A stretch of DNA of 64,000 nucleotides from positions 434,001-498,000 of the forward strand of contig CBFDEM010000015.1 of the NCBI GenBank assembly GCA_965603825.1. Reading direction: 5' to 3'. The position numbers and the translations under genes were made by a program. Below the pieces are notes generated by a model. It did no database searches. It was not told the DNA's origin and saw only the letters and a list, made by a program, of their open reading frames with translations. Origin of the DNA: Blepharisma stoltei ATCC 30299. Its lineage: Eukaryota > Protista > Ciliophora. Positions 25,297 through 36,741 of the stretch are shown one piece after another. Each line of letters starts with the position of its first letter. Positions within the stretch are counted from its first letter, which is position 1.

Positions 25297-25894
25297 TTTA
25301 TGTTTATTATTGATATTCGGGTTTTTACTTTTATAAACTAATTTTTATTTCGAAAAGATTTAATGTTTTTAACTCAATAATACTGAGCTTACTAACTATA
25401 AATAATTTAAAAAAATTAAGGAATAGTTCAGAAATAGAAAGTATATTCATAGAGATAGCATAATTTATAAAACCTTGAACAAATAATAAGCTACTTTTAT
25501 TACCTTCTTTTTAGAACAATTACGTTATAATTAATTCCAAAAGAAAAATGAGAATTTCAGAAACCATAATTATGTCCATTTTCAAGAACTAATTCGATCA
25601 ATGATTTCATACGGTCATATTACTCGATTGCATGCAAATTTAATAAAAAATAAATTGCAATCTTTCTTTTCGAATATATCCTGAAACCAAGTGTAACAAA
25701 ATTTTCGAATTTTTTTAATCTTATTTAGCCACAAGATTAACGTCAACACATAATTGGCGTCCCTATTAGATTTTCATTCTATGTTAATTTTACGCTTTTC
25801 GCTCATCTATTTTACTATTCACTGATTTGCTGACAATTAGTTAAAAGACCATTAAAATTCCCTCATTAGGTTTCATTTATACTTTAACCATAAG

Positions 25895-27319
25895 ATGGAG
25901 ACTGATCGCCCAGATGGTCATCAATCAGAATCACAAAAGAATCCTATGTTCCAAATATTTTTCATCTTGCTGGAGGTCACTATCGTAATTCTTTATGGCA
26001 TTTTCGTTGAGTTTCACTATGATCCAGTGGACCCAAATCTCCCATGGACTGAAGAGCCACAAACCGAATTTGTGACGGGCTATCCTGTTCTGCAAGATAT
26101 ATCAGTCATGATGTTCGTAGGTTTTGGATTTCTCATGACTTTTCTTAGAACCCACAGCTGGTCTGCCGTGGGTTTTAATTTTATTTTGACAGTAGTCGTT
26201 TTTCAGATGTACATTCTTTATTCTGGATTTTGGTCAAGATGTGTTTCTGACGACCACTGGGACCTCAAGATTCAGGTAGGAATCGAAACATTGGTCACAG
26301 CTTTTTATTGCTGCGCATCTATTTTAATCAGCTTTGGAGGAGTCATTGGCAAACTTAATTTATTCCAGCTTTTAGTTATGGCTTTTATTGAGGCTTGTTT
26401 TTACTCATTGAACGAAGCCATCGTGTTTGAGAAAATTCACATAGAGGACATCGGCGGGAGCATCACCATTCACACATTTGGTGCTTACTTTGGACTGTCA
26501 GTAGCATTTATAATTTCGCCAAAGCAGACCAAAGGCCATCCTAAGAATAGCTCAAACTACAACTCAAATTTATTCGCTATGATTGGAACTTTGTTCTTGT
26601 GGATGTATTGGCCATCCTTCAACTGTTTTCTAGCTTTAAACCCAGAGGACAGAATTAGATCTGTCATAAACACACTTTTAGCCCTTACTGGGTCTACTAC
26701 TGCTGTTTTCATAACATCTTCTTTCTTTAAAAAAGGCAAGCTTAACATGGAAGATGTGCTTAACGCGACTTTGGCTGGAGGTGTCTGCGTGGGTTCAAGT
26801 GCTGACCAAATTGTATATCCTTTTGCTGCTTTATTTGTTGGGTATTTTGCAGGATTTATATCTTGTATTGGCTTTGAAAGGCTATCAGGCTTCCTGCAAA
26901 GAAAAGTAGGACTTTATGATACTTGTGGAATTAACAATTTGCATGGGATGCCTGGAGTTTTTGGAGGGATTTTTTCAGCTATATTTATAGGGGCATTAAC
27001 AGAAGATACATTAGGATTTAGAGTAGAAGATAGATTTGAAGGAAGAACTGCTTCAGAGCAAGGAGGACTCCAAATGGCAGGCTTAGGAATTACCTTGGGA
27101 ATTGCCATAGTTACTGGAATAATCACAGGCTGCATTTTAAAGCTGGGGTGCTTTAAAGGACCTACTGATCTTTTTGAAGATCAAGTATTTTGGGAGATGG
27201 AAGAGCATCAAATCTCAAATGGGTACATTCCTGCAACGACTCGTGAAATAATAACTGAGGGAATCGAGCTACCTGAAAAGCGTCATAAGAAACACAGACA
27301 TGACAAGGAAGCCGAATAA
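25895..27319 (+). CDS. Rh50-type ammonium/gas channel
   Basis: MMFVGFGFLMTFL, IHTFGAYFGL, FLWMYWPSFN, NATLAGGV and DTCGINNLHGMPG motifs. Confidence 0.95.
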   Translation: METDRPDGHQSESQKNPMFQIFFILLEVTIVILYGIFVEFHYDPVDPNLPWTEEPQTEFVTGYPVLQDISVMMFVGFGFLMTFLRTHSWSAVGFNFILTVVVFQMYILYSGFWSRCVSDDHWDLKIQVGIETLVTAFYCCASILISFGGVIGKLNLFQLLVMAFIEACFYSLNEAIVFEKIHIEDIGGSITIHTFGAYFGLSVAFIISPKQTKGHPKNSSNYNSNLFAMIGTLFLWMYWPSFNCFLALNPEDRIRSVINTLLALTGSTTAVFITSSFFKKGKLNMEDVLNATLAGGVCVGSSADQIVYPFAALFVGYFAGFISCIGFERLSGFLQRKVGLYDTCGINNLHGMPGVFGGIFSAIFIGALTEDTLGFRVEDRFEGRTASEQGGLQMAGLGITLGIAIVTGIITGCILKLGCFKGPTDLFEDQVFWEMEEHQISNGYIPATTREIITEGIELPEKRHKKHRHDKEAE

Positions 27320-27434
27320 TCCTTAAGATAAGGTATATAATCTATTCAATAAAATAGTTATAAATATTTTCTATTATCCTAAGCTAAGAAAGCTTTATTT
27401 TTCACATTTAATATGCTATTCAATGTTTATTTTA

Positions 27435-28058
27435 TTACCTGATCCCTTCATCTCCCATAGCTTCATCCCACGTCTTATGATCTTTCTTCATTGCCCTGCT
27501 TTCATACACAGAAATAACAGCCTGCCTCTTATAGTTCGAACTTTCCCCTTTAATTCCAATATAAGTAATCTCAGTGTAATTTTCTCCTGTACTTTGTGGG
27601 AAATGCATATACAAAGAGTTTGTATTTGTTCACTTTGAAACCCTTGTCATATACTCTAGTTCCCCAAGTGGGTTTTCTAGCAATTCAAAGGTTTGCACTG
27701 GCGCCATCTGTGCTACGTTTGAGAAATCTAGATGATCGTTGTTCTTAAAAACCCTCACGAGTTGTGGCGACGTTCCTCCTCCACCTCCTATAATACACAT
27801 AGATAACACTTTTACAGGACACACAAAAGGAATATACAAAAGCAGCTCTTGGTCACCTTCATTGCTCTTTAGTGACTCAGTGCGATCAAGCTTATTTTCT
27901 TTTGTTTTGAATACAAGCCTTCCTGAATGAGGGGTTTGCTCATTTAAACAAGTGACTGCTTCTAAATGAATCGAAGAAAGAAGGTCAGAACCAAATGGGT
28001 CTGCGTCTTGAGAAACAGCGTGGCATTGGCAGTATCCAGGTCCGTGCAAGTTTTCCAT
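27435..28058 (-). CDS. PITHD1: PITH domain-containing protein 1-like, 207 aa
   Basis: Reading through TGA at 27630 adds the conserved ITYIGIKGE...VYESR C-terminal part of the PITH domain. Confidence 0.85.
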
Positions 28059-28279
28059 TTATTATAAGGAATATTTGCAATTTCAAGTCAGACTGCCTTA
28101 TCAAAGCCAGATTATCAAGCTATAATTACTATTAAAAATCTTTATATCTCATTATATTAGTTATTCCTTCACATTTTTCTCATATGAACTTACAAATTAT
28201 CAGGACTGAATCAGTGCTAAATATGGTCTTTTGTTCATTTTAAGCCATTTTCCTATGCTTATAATAGAGTGGTTGAAAG

Positions 28280-29020
28280 ATGAAGTTTAACATCTCTTTC
28301 CCTGAAACAGGACAGCAAAAATGTATCGATATCGACGATGAGCGCAAAGTCAGACTCTTTTACGATCGTAGAATGGGACAAGAAATCGATGGAGAAGCCT
28401 TAGGAGAGGAGTTCAAAGGTTACATCTTCCGCATTGCAGGTGGCAACGACAAACAAGGTTTTTCAATGAAACAAGGAGTTCTTGAAAACAAAAGAGTCCG
28501 CTTGCTGCTTTCAGCAGGTCACACTAACTACCGTCCTCGCAAAAAGGGTGAAAGGAAGCGCAAATCAGTCAGAGGCTGCATTGTTGGTCACGATATCGCT
28601 GTTCTCCACTTAGTTGTCACCAAGAAAGGTCCTGGCGAGCTCCCTGGTATCACAGATAGCCCAATTCCTAGAAGACTCGGCCCTAAAAGAGCTTCCAGAA
28701 TCAGAAAATTGTTTGCATTGGACAAAGGAGTAGACAGGAAGTCTGTGAAAGCTGAAGAAAGAGACGATGTAAGGAAATACGTCGTAAAAAGAGAAATCAA
28801 GAGAGAAGGGAAAAAGCCTTATTTCAAAGCTCCTAAAATCCAAAGACTCATCACAGCTGAAAGACTAAGAAGAAAGACAAAAGAAAAGGCTCAGAAGAAG
28901 GAAAGATGGCAGAGAGCTAAAGAGGCTGCAAAGAAATACAACGTTCTTTTGAACAATGTCTTACATGAAAGACATTTGGCTGAGGCTCAAGCTCAAAAGA
29001 CAGAAGAGAAGAAAGCTTAA
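28280..29020 (+). CDS. RPS6: 40S ribosomal protein S6 (eS6)
   Basis: [34 protein letters not shown] and APKIQRL motifs. Confidence 0.98.
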   Translation: MKFNISFPETGQQKCIDIDDERKVRLFYDRRMGQEIDGEALGEEFKGYIFRIAGGNDKQGFSMKQGVLENKRVRLLLSAGHTNYRPRKKGERKRKSVRGCIVGHDIAVLHLVVTKKGPGELPGITDSPIPRRLGPKRASRIRKLFALDKGVDRKSVKAEERDDVRKYVVKREIKREGKKPYFKAPKIQRLITAERLRRKTKEKAQKKERWQRAKEAAKKYNVLLNNVLHERHLAEAQAQKTEEKKA

Positions 29021-29067
29021 ATAACAAAGATTTCTTATGAAAATCACTATTAAATAGCTATAATAAA

Positions 29068-30342
29068 ATGTCTGACGATAAGAAGAATGAAGAAAGTAAA
29101 CCCATTAAGCCTCTAGACGAAGCTGATATCAGTCTCATGATGAGATACGGCTCTGGCCCCTATGCAAAAGTTATCCAAACTATTGAAGCCGATATCAGTA
29201 CCAAGCTTAAAGAAATTGCAGCTACCACTGGTGTAAAAGAATCAGACACCGGACTTTCTCAGCCTTCTTATTGGGATTTAGAAGGAGACAAAATGATCAT
29301 GCAGATGGAGCAGCCTCTTCAAGTCGCGAGATGCACAAAAATCATCAACCCCGGGACAAACGAAGCTAAATATATGATCTCTATTAAGCAGCTCGCCAAG
29401 TTTGTTGTAGGACTCGGCGAAAAAGTTGCTGCCACTGATATAGAAGAAGGTATGCGTGTTGGCGTTGACAGAACCAAATATTTCATTCAAATTCCTCTTC
29501 CTCCCAAAATAGACCCTACTGTCACTATGATGACTTTAGAAGAAAAGCCTGACGTAACTTATAATGACCTTGGAGGCTGCAAAGAACAGATTGAAAGGCT
29601 CAGAGAAGTTGTCGAAATGCCTCTGCTGCATCCTGAAAAATTCATCAACCTCGGCATTGACCCGCCAAAAGGAGTTTTACTATATGGCCCTCCAGGCACT
29701 GGAAAAACCCTTGCTGCGAGAGCGGTTGCGAATAGAACCGATGCTTGCTTTATAAGAGTCATTGGAAGTGAGCTAGTTCAAAGATATGTAGGAGAAGGAG
29801 CAAGAATGGTCAGAGAGATTTTCCAAATGGCTAAAAGTAAGAAGGCTTGCATTGTCTTTATTGATGAAGTTGATGCTGTAGGTGGTGCCAGGTTTGATGA
29901 TGGGCATGGAGGTGACAGCGAAGTGCAAAGGACTATGCTGGAAATTGTCAATCAATTAGATGGATTTGATAATAGAGGAAACGTCAAAGTCCTGATGGCA
30001 ACAAATAGGCCTGATACTCTTGATCCTGCCTTGCTAAGACCTGGCAGACTGGATAGAAAAATTGAGTTTGGCTTGCCAGACTTAGAAGGAAGGGCACAAA
30101 TTTTCAAAATTAATGCAAAAATCATGAACATGGACAAAGGCATCAGGTTTGAGCTACTCTCAAGACTTTGTCCAAACACAACGGGAGCTGACATCAGATC
30201 TGTGTGCACAGAAGCTGGAATGTTTGCTATAAGACAAAGAAGAAAGAGCATTTCAGAAAAAGATTTATTAGATGCGATCGAAAAAGTGATCAAGGGATAT
30301 GCCAAGTTTTCAGCGACGAATAAGTATATGGTCTATAACTAA
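29068..30342 (+). CDS. PSMC2: 26S proteasome AAA ATPase Rpt1
   Basis: [29 protein letters not shown] and [15 protein letters not shown] motifs. Confidence 0.97.
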   Translation: MSDDKKNEESKPIKPLDEADISLMMRYGSGPYAKVIQTIEADISTKLKEIAATTGVKESDTGLSQPSYWDLEGDKMIMQMEQPLQVARCTKIINPGTNEAKYMISIKQLAKFVVGLGEKVAATDIEEGMRVGVDRTKYFIQIPLPPKIDPTVTMMTLEEKPDVTYNDLGGCKEQIERLREVVEMPLLHPEKFINLGIDPPKGVLLYGPPGTGKTLAARAVANRTDACFIRVIGSELVQRYVGEGARMVREIFQMAKSKKACIVFIDEVDAVGGARFDDGHGGDSEVQRTMLEIVNQLDGFDNRGNVKVLMATNRPDTLDPALLRPGRLDRKIEFGLPDLEGRAQIFKINAKIMNMDKGIRFELLSRLCPNTTGADIRSVCTEAGMFAIRQRRKSISEKDLLDAIEKVIKGYAKFSATNKYMVYN

Positions 30343-30379
30343 CCCTTGATTAAAATTAGGCTAAAATTTTGTAAAATAT

Positions 30380-31780
30380 TTAGTTTCTCGGGTTATTTCT
30401 CTCACTCAAAGCAATGTATTGATTCACAGCTGAGTTTACCTGCATCTTCATTTCATAATTAAGCTCGCTCCTAATCCATCTCCTATAGAAGAACAAAATC
30501 ACTCCAAGCACTACAGCTGAAAATAAGACGATAAGGATCAAAGTAGAAACCCGTATTCCAGTCCCTTGAGAATTATTATTATCAGTTTTATTTCCCTGTC
30601 TAAAATCTTTACACACCTTGGGTTCATCCTTGAAGCCTTCACAAAGTGTGGTCATTATGAATTCAGGTTTCAAGTCACCTTTATATGTCTGGTTATTTAT
30701 GACTACAGTTGGATAAAAAAAGAACCCTGCTCGTGCAAACTTTTCTTTTTCATTTTTCAGAATTTCATTGTCAAGTGTTTTGTTATTCTTTTCAAAGCTG
30801 TTTTCTACGCATTCGTCGACATCATCTGGGTCGATTTTTGCTATTTTCATGGCTTGCTCTGAGCATCTTTTGGCAAAGTTATTATTTGAGCAAGTTTCAT
30901 TGAAAGCTTTAATATAGTTCCACCAGAGTTTTTGGTTTTTATCTTGTTGAGCTATTTTGTTTATGCATATTTGTCTTAAGTCCTCCATCACGATTTCCCT
31001 TCCGTTCCTTGGGCCATCATAGTCAGGATCAGGTGCACAATATCTACCTCCACTTACACAGTCAGGATTATCATCAGTTCAATTATGAACTTTGCATACG
31101 GAGCAGTGCCAAAGCACATAATGGGGAGTAAATTGCACCATGTCTTCGTCAAATCGCTTTGCGTATGGAGCAAAATCATGTAAAAAGCTTCTTACTACGT
31201 CATTTTCACTTGACATCCAAATCTCATACTCGACTAGATCATCAGGGTTTAGCACTTCAAATGAAATAGTAATAGACACATAGTTGGCATTGCTATTTTT
31301 CCCATGATTTTCAACTATTTTGCGTTTTATTATTTCACCATCTTCTTTGCTGATTAAAAGTGAAGGAATATATATGTTTGCTCCAGTTCCATCATCAATT
31401 ATAGCGTGTTTGGTGACATCCTCATCAACATTATCAAAAACGAGAACGGCTGAGGCTCCAATATTTTGTGCATTTCTGACCTTGGAGATAAAGCTGCATC
31501 CACCTCGTTCGAGTAATAAAATTGGTGTGTGAGAGGGGTCTGGATCTATCCAGCTGATAGGGCTTAGTGGACCACATCCTCTTTTTTCAGAATCGCTTTT
31601 AGGAATAAAAACTCTTCCTGTAATAAGAGATCCAATAGGTGGAAGTCCAAAGTTAGCTCTGGATGATGGGATAGGATCTTTTGGATATTTTTCTTGGAAC
31701 TCTCTACGGAGATCATCAGGACTATTAATCAAGATTTTAGAAGAGACTACAGATATCAAAACGAAAATGATCTCCAGCAT
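30380..31780 (-). CDS. Vacuolar sorting receptor (VSR/BP-80-like): PA domain, TRX-like domain and TM segment, 466 aa
   Basis: ORFs join through TGA at 31079. PA domain RGGCSF..K, CVSGGRYCAPDPD, EDLRQICI and a cytosolic YIAL motif. Confidence 0.88.
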
Positions 31781-31923
31781 TTATTTATGACGTATATACA
31801 CTAATTAAGGCTATTTAATATCAAATTTTATAAGAAATTAGCAGGATTCGTGCTTAATATTTATATTTGCTTTCATTTATATTTATTTCAGTATATTTTA
31901 TAATAAATTGATTATATAAAACA

Positions 31924-33228
31924 CTAGAAGTTATTGCTGAATCTAGTGATAGATTTGCTTGGGGTTGAAAAAATGTAAATCAATATTGCACAGATGAGAA
32001 ACATAATTAAACCTTTTTCCCAGGTGAAACAACCTTCATCTTCTTCAATTTCTTCTTTTTTAGGATTTCTTTCAAACTCTTCCATTGTTTCTTGAATGCT
32101 TTGATATAGAAGGCGTTGGTTGTATTTTCCTTCTTTAAATGATTTTACGATCTCAAGTCTTTTCACACCTTCAAAAGCATTATCAATAGAAATATCAGAA
32201 ATATCAAGCCCAACAGCCTCTGCGTGCTTAGACATCAGAACACTTGGGCTATTTAACGAAAGATTCGATATCCAATTCATTTTGGAGCAAACTTTAACCA
32301 CCTCTCTGTGCTCATCTTCTACTTTTCCTAATATATCAGATTCTCTATAATATATTAGCATATTTTGATATTTGCACTCAAGTTTTTTTATTACTGTATG
32401 CTCAAACTCATAGTCTGTGTTTGGACGAGTCCCTGAGTATTCTTTGACATTTTTGAAAAAATTTTTGTAAAACTGGCACTCTTCTTGGTACTTTTCTCGT
32501 AAAATCTCATTTATATAGTCTATTACAGTTCGGTATTCAGCAAACTTTCCAGCAGCTTTATTTGCATCATCAAGTGCTAACTGTAAAGCGGAAATGTCAG
32601 ATTCTTTATTTGCAGCGCGGCATATAGCTCTCATTCCATTGTTTTTTTGATTTTTAGGGCTGATTAAAATGGCTTCTTTTAAGACATCTAAAGCTTCTTT
32701 AAAATTCCTTAATTTTATAAGTGCAGCAGCCATATTCAATAAAACCTGTGAAATCATGCCAATTCTTGATTTTTCATTTAATTGGTCCTCTTCTGGATTT
32801 TGGATAATTTTCAAATTTTCATCATCTTCTTGACTTTCCATCTCAATCCACGAAAATAGTCCTAAGCAATGGTCATAGCATAAAAATGCTTTAAAATAGT
32901 GGCCTTTGTGGAAGTTTTTATTCCCTGACTCTCGAAGCTCATTAGCGATCATTACTTTGTTTGTAAATTCTGTTTTCCTGTGTCGAGATATAAAGGTGTG
33001 ATGGAATAAAGAATTTTGAAGATAAAAAGGAAGGTTGTAGAAGCAAGGGAATTTTTCTGGTTTGTAACGTGCGAATGCATCAATATACGGAGATATATAA
33101 GGCTTGGAGTAGTCTTGAGTGAATTGAAAACAGCTAGGGTCATCGACTCTATGGGTTTTATTAATTGCGAAAGGAGATTTTATTGTTCCTTTTGAGGGAG
33201 CGAGGGTGAAGAATGGGCATCCGGACAT
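31924..33228 (-). CDS. TPR-containing protein with a C-terminal membrane anchor
   Basis: TPR-like LRESGNKNF..G.YFKA and LLNMAAALIKL; hydrophobic GLIMFLICAILIYIF near the C-terminus; TAG stop. Confidence 0.7.
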   Translation of the reverse strand: MSGCPFFTLAPSKGTIKSPFAINKTHRVDDPSCFQFTQDYSKPYISPYIDAFARYKPEKFPCFYNLPFYLQNSLFHHTFISRHRKTEFTNKVMIANELRESGNKNFHKGHYFKAFLCYDHCLGLFSWIEMESQEDDENLKIIQNPEEDQLNEKSRIGMISQVLLNMAAALIKLRNFKEALDVLKEAILISPKNQKNNGMRAICRAANKESDISALQLALDDANKAAGKFAEYRTVIDYINEILREKYQEECQFYKNFFKNVKEYSGTRPNTDYEFEHTVIKKLECKYQNMLIYYRESDILGKVEDEHREVVKVCSKMNWISNLSLNSPSVLMSKHAEAVGLDISDISIDNAFEGVKRLEIVKSFKEGKYNQRLLYQSIQETMEEFERNPKKEEIEEDEGCFTWEKGLIMFLICAILIYIFSTPSKSITRFSNNF

Positions 33229-34076
33229 GATATAATTTTGCGATTATTTTTTGTGAAATCATTTTTTGGTAGTAAAATTTAATTTTATTATTTAAATTTA
33301 TTGTAATTACTGCCAGAAAATAGGATATTACTGTTTTTTATGATTATTTGGGGATAATAAAAATTTTTATTCATTTTTGATTGTTATAATAAATAATTAA
33401 TGGCGATCAGAATCACTTATTGAATACACCTAATTGTCATTGGCACTTTTCAAGCTCTTTAGGTTGAAAATCTCCAGCTGACAAAAAGTAAAAAGTGAAG
33501 CGATGGCCGCGGTAACCTTTGTCTATCGCTCGTCCAGCTTCAAACAAACCAGAACTAAATAAAGTTAAATTAAAATCAGTTGAATGTATTTACGCTAGCG
33601 TTTAATATGATTAAACTCAAATAGCCTGAGTCTATTCGATTATGAGATGAAAGATCACTTGCCAACACATAAATATGCTAATTATATATATTATCGATGT
33701 TGCCAGTGATTAAGTGCTTTTTAAGTATGAGAACTTGAAAAATATATATTAACTCTCAATTAAATGATACTGCCTTGCATAGCTCTCAAAGTATCAAATA
33801 GCAGAATTTGGTTTGAAATATTCGTGGACCTTTACAATTATATATATATAAAAACCCGTAATCTTTTTGTATTTAAAAAAACTAATTAACTGATTCAAGA
33901 TTCAGAATAATAAAAAATTGCCTCTAAAATTGCTGAAGCTAAATTATTTTAATTCTAAGTTCTTTTAAATATACTCATTATTTTTCTTTTCCTATTATCG
34001 CAGCCTATTCTTTCTTTTGGTTAAATATTTTGTTTCTATTCCTAAATCATTTAAAAAGTTCCATAATATTTATTGG

Positions 34077-35990
34077 ATGTCAAGTTACGGAGCCTCAACT
34101 CCTGATAGAAGAAGATCTCAAGATTCAGATAGACCGATTTTCTTAAACGAGCTCTCATTAAGCAAAATCGAAAACAAACTTTCAGCTCAGGTAGGAAGCT
34201 CATCCTTAAACCTTGGCGATGCGTTTATTGGAGATGAAGGTTGTGGCTTAGTTGCGCAATTTTTAAAAGATAATATTGGAGTTCACAGTGTGGAGCTTCG
34301 CGGCAACAATATAACTGGCGAAGGTCTCAGGCTCTTAGCCTCAGCTCTTAGAGGGCAAACTTTTGTCCGCAACATATCACTAGAGTGGAATAATCTAGGA
34401 AACAGCCTAAAGTCTTTAACTGATGCACTGGCTTATAATGAGTCCGTCCAAACTTTAGATCTAAGAAATAACAGAATTGGACCTGAAGGAGCTGGGTATA
34501 TTGCTGATTTGTTAGAAACCAATAAGTCTATTACAAAAATCGATTTAAGATGGAATGATATTGGTTCAAATGGAGCAAGAGCAATTATATCAGCTTTAAG
34601 AAAGCCACACGCAATCCAAGTGCTCGATTTATCAGGAAATAAGATTCCAGAAGAGCTTTTGCAGCAGGTTGAGCAAGCTATAAAAGGAACTGATCAGCCT
34701 CAAAACAGATCACGATATAGCAGTCCTAAAAGCCTTTCAAGGAGCATGGAAAGGACAGCTTCTAGAGATTTTTCTGATGACATCCATCAAAAACTAGAAG
34801 CTCAAATACTAGCCAATGCAAGAAGTGAATCAAAAATTAATGAATTAGAGCTTCTGTTAGATCAAGAAGCCAGAAGAAGCACTGAAATGAGAAATGACTT
34901 TTTAGGAGAACTGGAAAATGAAAAAGCCAAAAGGACGATGGCTGAAGAAGCAGTTATGATACAAAAAGAGGAATCTTTTAAAAGAGAAATGGAAGATAGA
35001 AGAATTATCCAAGATTTAGAAACCAAACTGAGCAGATCTAACAATGAAAAAGGAATTTTAAGTCAAGAGTTAGAAAATCTCCAAGAGCAGTTCCAAAAAT
35101 TGCAAAGCTCGGCTATGGAAAGATATAGAGCTTATGATGAAAAGATCACTCAGCAGGACAGACTTTATAAACAATTAGAAGAAACCAGCAGAAATAATTT
35201 GGATAGGACTAAAAAAGAGCATTTACAAGAGGTCTTTGAAATTAATAGAGATTACACTAATAAGCTTGAGGAAGCAGAAGAAAATATCAGAAATTTAAGA
35301 GCAGCGAGAGAAGCACTAGATAATGAAACTAAAAATCTTAGAGGACAAATAGCTCAGTTAAAATCTTCCCATCAAGAAGCTTTGACTGATCAAGATTTCA
35401 AAATCAGAGAAGAAGAAACTACTAAATTTAACAGCACATTAAAAGGCCTTGAAATCAGAATGAGATCAATTGAAGATTCAAGAGAAAATTTAAACAAAAG
35501 AAACCAAGATTTGCAGCGTGAAATCATTCAAAACGAAAAAAGAGCTTCTGAGCAAGCTAATGCATTAGAGTCTACAATAGGCCAGCTTAGAGAAGAAAGA
35601 GCGGAACTTCAAAGGCAGCTTACCAAGGCTAATGCTACAATTGAAAGCTTAAGAGGAGACATTTATATGCTGAATACCAATTTAGAGAGATCTAGAGGCG
35701 AAAATGATGAGCTGAGCGAAACATTGAATGAAAGAAAAGAAGCCCATATGAAGCAGCTTGAGACACTTCTACAAGAACAGACTGCTGAAAGAAAGCAAAT
35801 GGAAAACACTAGAGAAAATTTGGCAAGTCAGATTAACGATTTGGAAGTAGATTTAATGAAGACCACAAAAGACCGTGATAGGATTTTGAATGAATATAAT
35901 TATCTCTCAGAAAATCTTAAGCAGAAAACAGTGGCTTTGATTCAAGATACAGTTATTGCGCATTTAAGAAAGTTGGAAGCGGAATCTTAA
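34077..35990 (+). CDS. RNI-like LRR plus coiled-coil protein (LRRC45-like)
   Basis: LRGNNI, LEWNNLG, LDLRNNRIG and IDLRWNDIG repeats followed by a long coiled coil. Confidence 0.8.
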   Translation: MSSYGASTPDRRRSQDSDRPIFLNELSLSKIENKLSAQVGSSSLNLGDAFIGDEGCGLVAQFLKDNIGVHSVELRGNNITGEGLRLLASALRGQTFVRNISLEWNNLGNSLKSLTDALAYNESVQTLDLRNNRIGPEGAGYIADLLETNKSITKIDLRWNDIGSNGARAIISALRKPHAIQVLDLSGNKIPEELLQQVEQAIKGTDQPQNRSRYSSPKSLSRSMERTASRDFSDDIHQKLEAQILANARSESKINELELLLDQEARRSTEMRNDFLGELENEKAKRTMAEEAVMIQKEESFKREMEDRRIIQDLETKLSRSNNEKGILSQELENLQEQFQKLQSSAMERYRAYDEKITQQDRLYKQLEETSRNNLDRTKKEHLQEVFEINRDYTNKLEEAEENIRNLRAAREALDNETKNLRGQIAQLKSSHQEALTDQDFKIREEETTKFNSTLKGLEIRMRSIEDSRENLNKRNQDLQREIIQNEKRASEQANALESTIGQLREERAELQRQLTKANATIESLRGDIYMLNTNLERSRGENDELSETLNERKEAHMKQLETLLQEQTAERKQMENTRENLASQINDLEVDLMKTTKDRDRILNEYNYLSENLKQKTVALIQDTVIAHLRKLEAES

Positions 35991-36130
35991 TTTATTTAAC
36001 TTCAATTTAAAAAAATTCAATAAAGGATAGTAACTTGAATAATATATATTTAAATAATTCATTCTTTCCATTAAAGTTAGCATAATCTTAAGATTTATAG
36101 GCAAATCTATTTTTGTTGAATTTAATAAAT

Positions 36131-36691
36131 ATGAAAGTTGCATTAATATTATGCTTGCTTAGCTTATCACTCGCAAGATTATACTTCCCACGCGACTCCA
36201 CCAATTTCGTAAGGCAAACTCCAAAGCCTCTCTCAGAAGGAGACGAAGTCTTCCTTATAATTGAAGGTGTTTTACAAGGAATTGCTTTAGATTCAGACAT
36301 CAATGACATTCAAGACTGCATCAAAGATACCCTCGCAATCAAAGAAAGTTTCTTAAAAGCTGTTTCTCTTCTCAAGCTCCGCACACTTACTTCAGCTTCC
36401 GAAGCTCTTAAAGAAATAAAAGCAGCCTTGAACACCCTCCCAAAGGTTCTTTCAGACTGTGGTGACTCATTAAGAGACTCCTCCAGGGTTTTCCATGTCC
36501 TAAACATCTTTGAAAATCCTATGACTTTCAGCTTCAATGATGGCCAAATTTTGGTAAATGGGGTTGACCTTCATAAAGACTTTTATGATGCAGTCCAAGC
36601 CTACGAAACTAAACAATGGAAAATGTTTGGGTTCTACATTGGTGCAGCCCTAATGAAGGTTCAAGGAACTGGAATAATCGTTATAGCTTAA
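36131..36691 (+). CDS. Secreted alpha-helical protein, same family as 7335..7967
   Basis: Signal peptide MKVALILCLLSLSLA; IIEGVLQGI, a Cys pair and VNGVDL...W..FGFYIG motif. Confidence 0.78.
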   Translation: MKVALILCLLSLSLARLYFPRDSTNFVRQTPKPLSEGDEVFLIIEGVLQGIALDSDINDIQDCIKDTLAIKESFLKAVSLLKLRTLTSASEALKEIKAALNTLPKVLSDCGDSLRDSSRVFHVLNIFENPMTFSFNDGQILVNGVDLHKDFYDAVQAYETKQWKMFGFYIGAALMKVQGTGIIVIA

Positions 36692-36741
36692 TAATTGGAT
36701 TCTTTCTAATATAAAGGCAAAATTATGATGGAAGAGATTAC

